Assembly: GCA_010909165.1 (NCBI GenBank)
Contig: MU008194.1
Coordinates: 310,001-374,000, forward strand
DNA: 64,000 bases
Origin: Anthoceros angustus
Lineage: Eukaryota; Plantae; Anthocerotophyta
Reading direction: 5' to 3'
The position numbers were made by a program, and so were the translations under genes. The notes beneath the pieces were generated by a model. The model ran no database searches and was not told the DNA's origin. It worked only from the letters and a program-made list of their open reading frames with translations. Shown here piece after piece: positions 23,101-34,653 of this stretch (positions are counted from its first letter, which is position 1; every line of letters begins with the position of its first letter).

Positions 23101-26100
23101 CTGCTGTTGAATCCACCGGACCCCTTTGGAGCATTCGGCGGTTACCCGTAACGACCCTCGGGGTTAATTGTATATGGATATCTCTGCGGTAGTCACGCTC
23201 CTCATCGAGACCATGAGATGTGTGCGAGCAGGAACCTATCTTCCTCTTGCATCTCCCCGTGTCCTCTGCCGAGGTGTACCCTCTTTGATTGGAGTTTCAC
23301 ACGCATGTCCTTACTCCACGATAGGCACATCCTTCCTCCTTGGTCTTGGGATCCCATTCCAGTTTAAAACCGACTTCCTTCCGCCCACTTGGCGTGCATT
23401 GCGATCGTACATCCATGTTCGGCCAATTAGGGGCGTCGTACACAGCGATTTTCTTTGGATGACTACATAATCCATCAAGTAGGGATGGTTCCAATGGTCG
23501 TTAGCACCTGTCGTTCCCCCAGCACCATTACGGACATGTCATAGCCTCAAAACCTTGGTAGTATGTTCAATATCCAAGCCCAATTTCCTAGCCGTGTCTT
23601 ACGTCATAATATTTACACCCAGTGTCGAGAGGCACTCCTTTGATGACACATCCGAAATTTCCACAGGTTGGTGGGCCTTGATCCACCATGGATACCAAGT
23701 TCATGCGGGGGGATAGGAACATTGCGCCTCTTTGGGTTGCGCCTCTTTTAACGCCCTCGATCATTGCCTATGCGGATTGTCTCGGAGGTTGTCCGAATGT
23801 GATCATGAAATGTTGGTCCATGATGGCCTCGGCGAGATTGAAAAGCGGTGGCCAGACCTTCGCCATCCGAGTTTGGTTGGTGTGGGTTCCGGTTCGTCAT
23901 GACTTGGGTACGGTGGCCCTTCCGGTGGGGTGGTGGACTCCCACAGGGTGGTGGAAATCGACACCCCGCCTTTTCCCCGTAGCCTCCCTTGCCAATTCTT
24001 CTTGTATCATATCCATGACTTCGCCCGTCGTCCGGTGGAAACCCTAACTCCGGTTCGGTAACTTTCTCGAAATCGGTAGGGTTCCACCCCGGCTTGTCGT
24101 GACCTTCATTCACCTTTCCGCCCATTGGAACACTCAGTCTCATGCATCACTCTTTTGCACATATGGTCCATCCGCCAAGTCACTGCAGGACTTGTTTTTC
24201 GTCTTTGGCCAACGTTCCTGGTGTTGGTATTTCCGGTGGTGGCGACACTCTCTCCCTCATCCGATCCGTGGTCGTATCCGCCTCCTTTCTTCTTTTTTCC
24301 CCGTCGCCTCTCTTTTGCTTTTGTGCTCCTTGTTCTAACGACCATGGCGGAGGCTTCCCCATAATAATCGCTTCCCTCTCTAATCCCTCCAAGCTCCTCG
24401 GGGTTCCAATCTCGGCATCCTCCCATACCGCCATAAGTGCGTCCTCAACATGCATGGCGGACACCGGACTTGGGTTTGGTGGCGAACTCCGTTCGGGTGG
24501 GCTGCGATCCTCACCGTCTTTGGGGCTTTGGCGAGCACACTTCGCCAAATGCCCTGCGCTACAATCTTGACATAGTTTATCAAAATCTCCATTGCCTTGA
24601 CGAGTTGGATAAGGCGGTGTAGTGTCCAAGGTTGCGACAATTATAGCACAAGGCGGTGCCCATTGGATTGTTACCCGCCTTGATTCTGACGCCTACCCGT
24701 GGAATTACGTAGGTTGGCGGGTACATGGTCTTTGGGTACACTTGGGTTGGTGAACCTCACGGATCGGTATGTATCTTCCACGGACCCTCTTCCTCCTCTT
24801 CCTCATATCCCAGTGTACCCTTGTCGTCGGACAATTAGCTTTGGAGTGTCCCTACGCGTTGAAGAAGAGGTTGGCTCGTGGGTTCGTGTGACTCTCCGCC
24901 TCTCATGTTCCTTGACCGCATTAAGATGGAATTTCTCGAATTTTGCCATCATCTCCTCCATCTTGTTCCCCTGTTGTTCTACTTTCTTGGCTGCTACCTC
25001 GGCCTCCCTTCTCTTGTTCGCGTCCTTCTTTGCATCGCCTCTGTTTTGCCCTTGCTCCTTGTTGTCCGTGCGACCCTTCATTTTCTTTTTCCATTTGGCG
25101 CTCCTCATCGATGGCCTTCCTCCGAATCACTCGTTTCCTCCTCAGGAACTTTCTGGAATCTTCACATGGAGCTTTCTTCAGATGAACTTCCTTAGGAGGA
25201 TGAGGATCCCTTCTTTTTTCGATCACGGGCTTCTTCTTCTCCTTCTTAGCCTTCCTCCTCCCTTGCGGGTTGGATTCCTCATAGTTTAGCGCCTTGATAG
25301 CCTTGCCCAAATTCTTCTCCGCTTGTAACCTTCGTGTCTCCCCATCTTAGAACCCGGGCCTTTAGCGAACCACCGTATTGCAACTCAGGTGAGGGCCACT
25401 TGATCGCGTGGTGAAACCTCTCCACATGCACAAGGTTTCCTTCTTTCCTCTGCGGTTTTCAAGCTTGGACAACACGTATCCCTCAAGCCCCGAACCTTTC
25501 ACAGGCGGTTTTAATTCTTCATAGGTTCTTTGGAGGTGTGGGACTTGAGGTATTCGCCTATACCACTTATTTGGACCCCGAAGAACTCCATAGAACAATG
25601 AATCTGTGCATCTCCGCTTCTGGTTTGCAAATGTCGGTTGCTCAAAACGCTCAACAAATTCATCGGTCTTCATACCCCTTCCCTCTCCATCTGACGGATA
25701 AGGTTGCTTGGTGGTGACCACCACCGTGTGGTGGTGGTCATGACTATCGTTCTTGATTGGTGGTTGGTCCAACAACGGTTCTGCGGAGTCGATTGATCTC
25801 CAACGATGCACACTTTTGGAAGAGGTCGGTGGATGGAATTGGTCCGAGGTTCCTTGGCGGTGGTACCTCGTCCAAGTCCGAGGTTGGGGATCTTGCTCAA
25901 CAAATTCATCGGTCTTCATACCCCTTCCCTCTCGGATAAGGTTGCTTGGTGGTGACCACCCGGTGTGGTGGTGGTCATGACTATCGTTCTTGATTCGGTT
26001 GGTTGGTCCAACAACGGTTCTGCGGAGTCGATTGATCTCCAGCATGCACACTTTTGGAAGAGATGGGTGGATGGAATTGGTCCGAGGTTCCTTGGCGGTG

Positions 26101-26300
26101 GTACCTCGTCCAAGTCCGAGGTTGGGGATCTTGCTCCAACAAGATCGGACCCCGTCCCTGGTTGCTTCCTTACCTCCTTCTCCTTCCAAGGTGCGTCTTG
26201 GTGGACCCTCCTCAACTCGCGGTTTGCAACCCTTTTTAACCTTTCCATTGCTTGGCGTTGTCGCTTCTCGTGGCCTTCCGTCCGACTTGACTCGAACCCT
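17130..26300 (-). pseudogene. gag-pol of element 1 (heavily frameshifted in this assembly, with internal duplications)
   Basis: INT: GYWWPTMYKDA, APFEKWGIDFVGPI, FNVTVKSTPYNP, GPF module. RH end: KHINADFISRL..DDFPDETLF. RT: MGTYAYKR..FGL, AIVKIFKDFL. PR region: ITFGQLLRDNPRYRQQI. CCHC-like LCQDCSAGHLAKC. Gag: DEFVERFE. Confidence 0.85.
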
Positions 26301-26390
26301 CGACTCAACCCGTGGCATCCATCTACCTAACTAGATACACTCCAAAACTAGACACCTAAGCTATGGTTAGTCCCCTATAACCTTGAGTTT

Positions 26391-26406
26391 CATTCCCCCA
26401 GCGCCA
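26391..26406 (-). promoter_or_regulatory. Primer binding site of element 1 (TGGCGCTGGGGGAATG; best fit is a tRNA-Asn-like 3' end)
   Basis: Lies 3 nt inside the 5' LTR and starts with TGG (anti-CCA). The tRNA identity is my inference from plant tRNA-Asn ending in ...AGCG-CCA. Confidence 0.7.
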
Positions 26407-26409
26407 AAA

Positions 26410-29400
26410 TGTGGAATGGGTTTTGCATCCGACGCAAAGAGGCCACATTTACCCTCTATGTCGTTATAGTCCTAGGATTCGATCCCAAGGGAATGGTGTT
26501 GTGTCAAGGTGTGCTAAATCTATGGATTCTAGACCCCGCTCGCTACCCCACCTTCTCCAGCTACCCCAAACCCACCAGTGGTAGACTCGGCCACCACCGT
26601 GGCGGTTCGACCGTGGCGGGCCCCACCGCCTTGAGTCTATTCGTCCGGCCCACTCTTACGGACCTAGGGCTCGGACACCTATCGCCTCACCGCCACGGAA
26701 TTTGCGATCCTACCACACGCTTCCACTCCCAGCGTTTCCGATTTTCCCTCGCTCTCACAATCCCTCAGTAGCGCTCACAACTACCCCTCAGGAACCTTTC
26801 CCAATGAACTCTCCCTCGTCTCACGGGCCACACAGACCCCTCCTTGGGCCACGGACCCCTCTCTCATGGAATGAACACACAGTGGCGGTTGGAAGAGGAT
26901 CGGAAGAAAACCCGTCGTGCTTGGGCGATTCGCCTTCCGGTTCCGCCTCGGCCGTCCGCGGCACTACCTCTTTTGTAGCGCCTACCTTCCGTTACGCGTG
27001 GAGCTTGGCCACTCCGCTCTCGACCATCCGAGATCTTCCGGCCTTCTTGTGACGAGAAGGCGGTGCGCCGAACCCGTTTGATCTTGACGGGCGTCTCCAA
27101 TCAACCCCACTCGGCGGTTCGATACGGAAGTTCACACGAAATCGTCGCGAGAGACACCCAAAGGGTCTCTTATACATCTGCATGGTCCAACTCACTTCTC
27201 TTTAGTGTCTAAAATTGTAGCTCCTACCACGCGCCTTACCAATCTAAGCAACAACTCTGGTGATGGAACTCCCTATCCTCTCTACGAAAAACCCGGTCCT
27301 AGGCTATCGCGACTCCCCTAAAATCGCCGCCTCGCGATTCTTTGCCTCGGCCCATGGGGACCCCTCTCGCTCTTGACCTCGCCTCGATCCGGCGATTTTC
27401 CCCACAACCTCCACCTCGCTCTCCTTTGCTGATTCCCTCGCGCCTTCCCGCGGGCGTTGCTGTGACCTCTATGTCCATTGTCCTCCTCCTCATTTGGACA
27501 ACCATACTGTGCTCCTCCCTCCATGCTCGCTGCGCCTCGCTCATCTCTTCCGGCACCACTTGCGGAGGATAGGCGCCCGCTCCTACTCGAAGGAACCAGC
27601 AGTAGCGCTGTGGCGGTCAAGATGTCTGACCGGTGGTTTACGCCCCTCCGTCCCAACAACCACATACGTTTAGAGTGAGCACCGCTCACCATGCGCGGCC
27701 GGGGACATGAGCATCCTCATCCGGACGTAACTGTCGCCCGATACGGTCCTTACCCTCTCCTCCCGTGGACAATCCTGGGCCGGCTGCTGTTGATTCTCCA
27801 GGAGATCTGTCCCTCCATCTGCGACACTCCGTCGGTGACTTCCCCACCTCGGTTCCCGTTCCACGGCGGTGGCTGGTTTAGCCACCGTGGTGGTTACTTC
27901 CACGGTGGTTGTTTTGCTCTGTGGTCATTGCTCGGCCTTTCTTGGTTTGGCCACCTCTCTCTTGACTCGGCCCTAGCCCTCTCTTTCCGCTTGTACCTCT
28001 CCGACTTCTTGAATTTCTCCAAGGCGCCATCGCTTCCACCTGCTCGGACTCGAGACCTCATCTTGAAGCTCTTCAATTGTAGCATCGCCCCTTGACTGAT
28101 TTACTAAAGCTTCTGAGTGGACATGTGCCTTAAGCCTCTGCCTTGCATAAGGCCCGCACTCCGTCTGCGCTCCTCGGCCGCCTTGCTCTCGCCTTCAGGC
28201 TCTCCAACTTCTCCTTGAGCAACTTCTCCTGGCCTTGCACACTCGGCCAAGTGAGAGCCATGGGCTTGATCGAGGAGATCACTGCGTCATGCCATGGCCA
28301 AGTCAAACCTCGAAAATCCCCAAATTGGGCTGTCCCTTGCCCATCCGCCTCCACAACAATTCTCGTGTCGGCGGTGTCTCCTATCCCCACCTCGGGGACG
28401 GTTCGGTGAAATGTCGCCAAAATGTCCCGGAGCTCCGTTGCGGTCTCGGCTGAAGTTAACCCTCCTCTCCTAGGGGTTGGTCGCCCCTCTTCCCGCTTCA
28501 TTCTCCCCTAGCGGCGATTCATCCCACAGGAGGAGCAACTTGCCATTTCCCTTTACTTTTCCTCCTTTACCCGCTGCTTCTGCTTCGACTGGTGACCACA
28601 GGTGTGGTGGGTTCCTCCTCTGCTGTGCCCTCCCTTGCCGATCCCGTTCGAGCCCTTCGCTTACCCTTGGAAACTTCCCCACCCTCTTAGAACCTTCCGA
28701 GCGCACTCCCAAGCTGGAATCCTTGCCCGAATCCTCCTTCAATTCCTCCTCTTCTACCTTGAGTTCCACGGCCGGCTTCCAACCATGCGGGCGGACCGAC
28801 TTCAACTCAGTTAAACACCGGAATGCGCAAATACATGAATCGAAAAGGCGAAATCAAGGAGGGCCGAGGGAAGAAGAGAGTAATTCGCCTTCTCCTCACA
28901 GGCTCTTTCGAAAATCATCCTCCCCAATCAATTTGTGTACCCTTGACCACCTCGTGAAGAAAAACCAAGAAGTGATCCGCCATATGATCCGACTTCGGTT
29001 GTAGGAACACAAAATCCATTTGGCCAATCCCACCTCGAGACACGAGTTGGCGAGTCACCCGACCATTGTTCACTCTCACTTCCCAGGCTTCATGGCCGGC
29101 GGCAGCTTTCAAGGTCTTCTTTGTCAATCACCAAGCTCCCATCCTCGATGCTTCTCGCCCATACCCGCTCGAAGAGGCCAAATCCAGTTCTGCGGCCTTT
29201 TCCTCGCGTCACCCTCTTGCGACTTGGTCCTTAATTGCGGGCACTCTTGCACCAATGCGTGTCGTAGCACCATTTCTTCTCCATGAACTTGGACCCAGCT
29301 CTGCGCGGCTCTCACTTTCCGATGGTCCATGTTGGGGCTGCGTGAGTGAGATTTGCCGCTCGGGCGCCATCTCCTTCTCTCGTTGTCTCCCAAAACAAAA

Positions 29401-30023
29401 CCTCGACTACCCTGCGGATCACGGTGGAAGAGAAAAAAATCGAGCCGCCTCGCGCTCCTTCCACGCCTCCTCGCGAACTTGCCGGCGATTTCTCTCCTCG
29501 CCCGCCGCACGATCGTCGCGCCTTCCTCTGCCGCAGTGAGGCGGTGATTTGGCTGGCGTCGTGTGCAGCGCCCCTCTTGCTGCGCTCCGGCGCCCCTCAC
29601 GGAAAGTCGCGACCTCGCGGTCTTGGGTGTGCCCTTCTCCCGATTGCGCTCCGTGGTGGTAGTCCGCTCCGCCACTAGGGTTGTAAATTCCCCACAGTGC
29701 ATGCGTCCGTTTCTCGGCCACCGTGGTGGAACTAGCCACCACCCACTTGACTACAACGCGTGGCATATTGTGAGCATCCCTAGCATATATAGACACCTTT
29801 TATTCTAAAATTCCCAATACCCAAGGACTCTATTTCTACCCCACCTCCGGGTCAAACCTAAGGGTCGAAAAATTATTATTATCTCCAAGGGCCAAGGACC
29901 ATTCCGTATAAAAGACGACTCGACGATTCTCAAAGCACTCTGCTATTCTAACACACCCAAAACAAAAAAAATCGTTCACCCTGACACTTGAGAGCGGGGT
30001 TAGTTCACATGTGGTCTTCCACA
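26410..30023 (-). repeat. 5' LTR of gypsy element 1 (3614 bp)
   Basis: Termini TGTGGAATGGG...GTCTTCCACA identical to those of the other LTR. Confidence 0.92.
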
Positions 30024-30050
30024 AGGTGTGGGCTTAAGTCAGCGGTCTAT

Positions 30051-30231
30051 CTCAATTCGGAGGTGGTAGAAGCTAACACGGAATTGACCAATGAGAGTGT
30101 GGAGCTTGAAGGTCTCAATTCGGAGGTGGTAGAAGCTAACACGGAATTGACCAATGAGAGTGTGGAGCTTGAAGGTCTCAATTCGGAGGTGGTAGAAGCT
30201 AACACAGAATTGACTAATGAGAGTGTAGAAG
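30051..30231. repeat. 63-bp tandem repeat, ~3 copies (reads LNSEVVEANTELTNESVELEG in frame)
   Basis: Units start at 30051, 30114 and 30177. Confidence 0.9.
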
Positions 30232-31956
30232 GAGAGAGGCAGGAAACCTAGAGAGTAGATTGACTCGGAACTCCTTTTTGTAGAAATAGAGTTAGGATGA
30301 TAGGGGAGGGGTAAATGAGAGGGAACCAAGTGAGATGAAGATATCTTAATTTAAGGTCCCGCCAGTTGGGAGGGAGATGAGAAGGGGGAGGGAGAATAGG
30401 GAGTTAGCCAAGCCGGAAGCTTAAGAGGTGCAAAGTCAAGCCATTTCAACGAAGCAGCTGCTTGAGAGAGCTAAAAAAAATCTTAAAAAAATAAGAAAAA
30501 AAAACTTGGGAATCAATATTGAGCCAAACGAAATAAGAAGACATATAGGCAAGGAGATGGTAGGGGAGCAAAAATTAATAATGTCAAAGAGGAGGAAGCG
30601 ATAAAGAAAACAAGAGAGGCCAAAAAGGTCATGAAGTCCAAGGGGGAAGCAGCAAATTCAGGAGGAAAGATAAAAGGGGTGAACACTTACGAACAATGTG
30701 AGTACGAAGAAAGGAGGGTTCGACCAACTCGGACAACCTATTTGTCCCACACTAGTATTGTATGAGCTATTTATCTTCAGTAGTATTCAAACAGCTGACG
30801 GGCTACGGTGTCGCTGGGCCCCGGACCGGTTGCCCTTCTCGTTACACGTGGCGCTGCCAAGTGTCCTCAGCTTCTTGCTCGTTGTGGAGTGCCAAGCCGC
30901 AGCGATCCCAGCTCTCCAGCTGGTGCCATTTGTGGTGCTGCGAATTTTGAGCAGCCGGGTTCGCTCTAGGACCTGGAAATTGCGGCATGGTTGAAATCTC
31001 GGAACGTTGTTAGAGTCTGAGCACACGCTCCCGCTGGCAAGGTGTGCCGGCGCAGTCTAGACGAGTTTTGGACAAAATGGCAACGAGAAACTGGTGTCTC
31101 AAGTCGTGGGATGGTGCGGAATGTGTGTGTGTTGCATTGGCCAGCCGATGTGAGTTCAGAGTTGATGACGGCCTTCCGTAACGGAGGAGGTAAGGCACAA
31201 TAAGCTGCATATGCTGTAGTTATCTCGAGTTGGATGATGAGGCTCCGTGGAACGCGATTTTGGCAATGCGGACATGCGATGTCTCTATCTGATGCTTGCC
31301 AGATTGTGATACCTGCTTTGCTTCATACCCGATTGCTCAGTCTGTTTGAGATGATGTTGGCAGCCTTTGTTTTCCGTGCTGCAGGTTGCCGTCACTTACC
31401 TGCTTCATACCACTGGCCTGCAGTCCTGGACTCGTCTTTGTCTTGTGTTTTAGCTTGACCTACCTCTGCTGCTGAGTGGCTCACAGGCTGCAGATCCGCC
31501 TTAAGCTGAAAGCGTTGCTTTCCGGAGTAGGTCACGGGGCCTTACCACGTCTCCCTTGTACGGGTCGATTGCCTGCCGGGGCGTGAGCTGCGAGCACGAA
31601 GCCGGATTCTGGCCTAGGAATGTGGATATGCTGCTGCGGGTGGCGGTGCGGTGTGGAGTAACTGTTACTGGATAGCCGGAACCGCTTGGACGTTAGGTCG
31701 CGGGCCATGGTTATGCTTAAACCAGGCAGTTATCCACATCCCACAGGTAATTGTCAACAACGGCATCTGGGCAGTTGATGACCATCCCGAGGGGAATGGA
31801 GTGCATGGGCGCAGGGGAAGTCCCTTGAGTAGTGCTTTCGCTACGTCTCCCTGGCTACCTGTATATGCATGTGTGCACTATACATTGTGAACATTGTGGC
31901 TAGAAGTCTGAGACATTCTCTGTTGAAGTTCGGAAGCTCCTGAGGAAGAGACTCCG

Positions 31957-34077
31957 ATGGTGAGGTGTGGTTGTCTCACCTGGCCCTGGGGAGGATCTAA
32001 CACCCCTGTCTCATCCTTGGCGGAGCTACGGGAGTTGAACAGCAATTCTGGCGTGCTCGGACCTGTCCCGGAATGGCCCTCAGGTAAGCCATGGATGTCA
32101 GTTTGGTCCAGGCATGCCACTCAAGTTTCTTTGAGAAGCTGGTTTTTCGGACTACGGTGATTGCGAGTTTTAAAGTTGGGTAGCACAGGTTGGGTATTTG
32201 TGGTAAAGTATTAGTTAGTCTGTTGTTCTCAATGTATTGAGGCGAACTCTTTGGAAGGTGTTGATGTCCACCGCTTTCTCAGAGATGTTAGTTTGTGCAC
32301 GTCCAACAGGAACAGGCTTTGGAACCGGGACTATATCTCTTGGGGAGATTACAGTCGCTCAGATTTGGTCGCTCGATGTGGTTTGGAGCAGCTTCCAAGG
32401 GCAAAGCAACTCTGGGGCTGCCGTGTACAAGCCTGTGTCCTTACCTTCGGAATACTTCTGCCTCGGGTATCACTGCCAAATCAACGGCGAGCCTGTTGGA
32501 TGGATGCTCGCGGTGGCAGAAACCAGTTCTTTGAAGGGTAAGATCTACGTTTGAAGCAGTCTGTGAAGAAAAAATGACATTTTTCAGTCTAGCCGGCTGG
32601 GTGAAGTTTCCCTTTGATCGTCTTTCTGTAAGTGGAAGAAGGTTCACATGGAAGCCTGAGCTCCTGCGCTATGGACCTTTCTGCAGTGCAGGAGCGTGAC
32701 ACTTCGGCAGGTCCTGTTCGTTTGGATGACGCCTCGCCATTGGCCCGCCCAATCGACTACACCCTCGTCTGGAGTAGCAACACATGGAGTGGGAGGCAGA
32801 GTGGCTCTGCTTATTTTTGGATCCCGGTCGCACCCACTGGTTACAAAACTCTGGGGTACGTGGTGACTACATCCGAAGCCAAGCCTGACATCCAAGAAGT
32901 AGTTTGTGTGCGCTCAGATCTCACGGAGGAGGGCGTTGCGGATGCAGCTCTCTGGAGCACCAACTCCAACTCCTCTCCGTTTGGAATCTGGACCATCAAG
33001 CCTTTGGAGGTGGGAGTGACAGGAACTGGAGTGAATGTGGGGACTTTCTACAGTGACGCCAGTCTAGGGCCAGTGGATGCACTTCCAGTGACCTGCCTTA
33101 GTAACGTGGGCAGGAATCTGGATGCCATGCCAACTTTGGAGCAGGCCCACTGGCTCATCAAGAGCTATGGTCCTACTGTCTTCTTCCACCCGGATGAGAA
33201 GTACCTCCCCTCCTCTGTGTCATGGGTATTCAGTCAGGGGGCTTTGCTGTATAAAAAGGACTCGAATTCCGGCCCTGAGAGGATCAGCTTGGACGGGTCC
33301 AATTTACCAGCAGGAGGCACTAACGACGGGGAATACTGGATTGATTTACCAGACGATGGGACGGCTAATGAGGTTAAGAAAGGAAACTTGGGATCCGCAG
33401 AAACATATGTGCACATCAAATCCATGTTCGGTGGAACCACCACAGAAGTTCAATGCTGGATTTACTACCCCTTCAACGGAGCAAGCACGGCCAAAATCAA
33501 ACTGATCAATTTATCCCTGGGGAAAATTGGAGAACATGTGTCGGACTGGGAACACTTCACTCTCAGGATAGGCAACTTTTATGGGGAGCTGCAGGAGGTT
33601 TACTTCGGAGAGCACAGCAAGGGACAATGGCTGAAGCCAGGCGACCTGGAGTTCATCTCTCTCAACCATCCTGTGGTGTACTCATCAAAGCATGGCCACT
33701 CGGCATATGCCCACGAGGGAGACAACCTACAAGGAGATCCTACTCTCGGGGTGGGGATACGGAACGATACAGCCAGAAGCAAGTTTAGCCTGGATGTTAG
33801 CACTGCATACCAGATTGTATCCATGGAGTATGTGGGAGCTAGGGGCAAAGTGGAAAGTGGCTTGGAAGAGCCTCCATGGTTGTTGTACATGAGACAATGG
33901 GGCCCCTCAATACAGTATGATTTCAGGACTGAGCTTGACAAACTTCTTGCAGCCCTGCCGAGCAAATTGAGATACTCATTGGCAGACCTCCTTGACAAGC
34001 TTCCAGAGGAACTTGGAGGAGAGGAAGGACCCACTGGCCCGAAAGAAAAGAACTTCTGGGCAGGTCCGGAGAGGTAA
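31957..34077 (+). CDS. DUF946 / Vps62-like plant protein, 3 coding exons (31957-32083, 32310-32537, 32632-34077)
   Basis: PVPEWPSG-TGFGTGTISLGE, FCLGYHCQ, LARPIDYTLVW, GSAYFWIP.AP.GYK.LG, YGPTVFFHPDEKYLPSSVSW, WIYYPFNG, GEHVSDWEHFTLRI, VYSSKHGHSAY, EEGPTGPKEK..WAGPER*; GT-AG splice sites keep the frame. Confidence 0.9.
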
Positions 34078-34653
34078 GCCATTTTGATTCCAGATTACCT
34101 TCTGCGGGTTAAAGCAACCAAAAGTTGGAGCCGGCCAGAACATTCCCTCCAACTTGTGCTGCCTAGATGGAACTGCTTTTTTACAGATATGGAAGATTCA
34201 ACCTGTGCAGACAGCAAAATTGCTGGCCATTAGCAGGGGTCAAGTTCAGACACCATGTCATAGGTGAAGGTTTGGAGACTGCAGATGCTGATTTATAAAA
34301 TAGTCTAAGACTCGTACCTGCTCAACCAGAGTGTATAGCATCTCGCTCTCCCCGGAAGACACAACGAGAAGCTCTCCTGTAAATGCAGATGTTAGAAGAT
34401 ATTATCGGTCAGCAGATGTTTTAGCAGCTTATGCGTTTTCTAGTCGTGATTCAAGGAGAGGGTTTATAATACTACCTGTATGTCCGATAAGTAGCCGGGC
34501 ATAATATAGATAACTGCCAAAGCGTTTATAAATCGCTCCGCAATCCTTGTGTAAAAACTCATCGAGTGATGCACCTTCACGACAAAATGTCTTTAGAATA
34601 ATCAGAGCTTTGCCAAATTCAGCGGCTCGCTGAATATTCTGTCCAGCTTCATG

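Larger units (their letters stand above)
12696..30023 (-). mobile_element. Full-length Ty3/gypsy LTR retrotransposon (non-chromovirus, Athila/Phygy-like; no additional RNase H seen), 17.3 kb
   Basis: Direct-repeat LTRs 12696-17117 and 26410-30023, both TGTGGAA...TTCCACA. Perfect 5-bp TSD AGGTG (12691-12695 and 30024-30028). PBS and PPT adjoin the LTRs. Gag, PR, RT, RH and INT fragments lie in gypsy order on the minus strand. Confidence 0.95.

Noticed and set aside
30780-31950. Short ORFs upstream of the DUF946 gene
   Set aside because: Several splice-like signals suggest 5' UTR/intron sequence; no protein similarity recognised.
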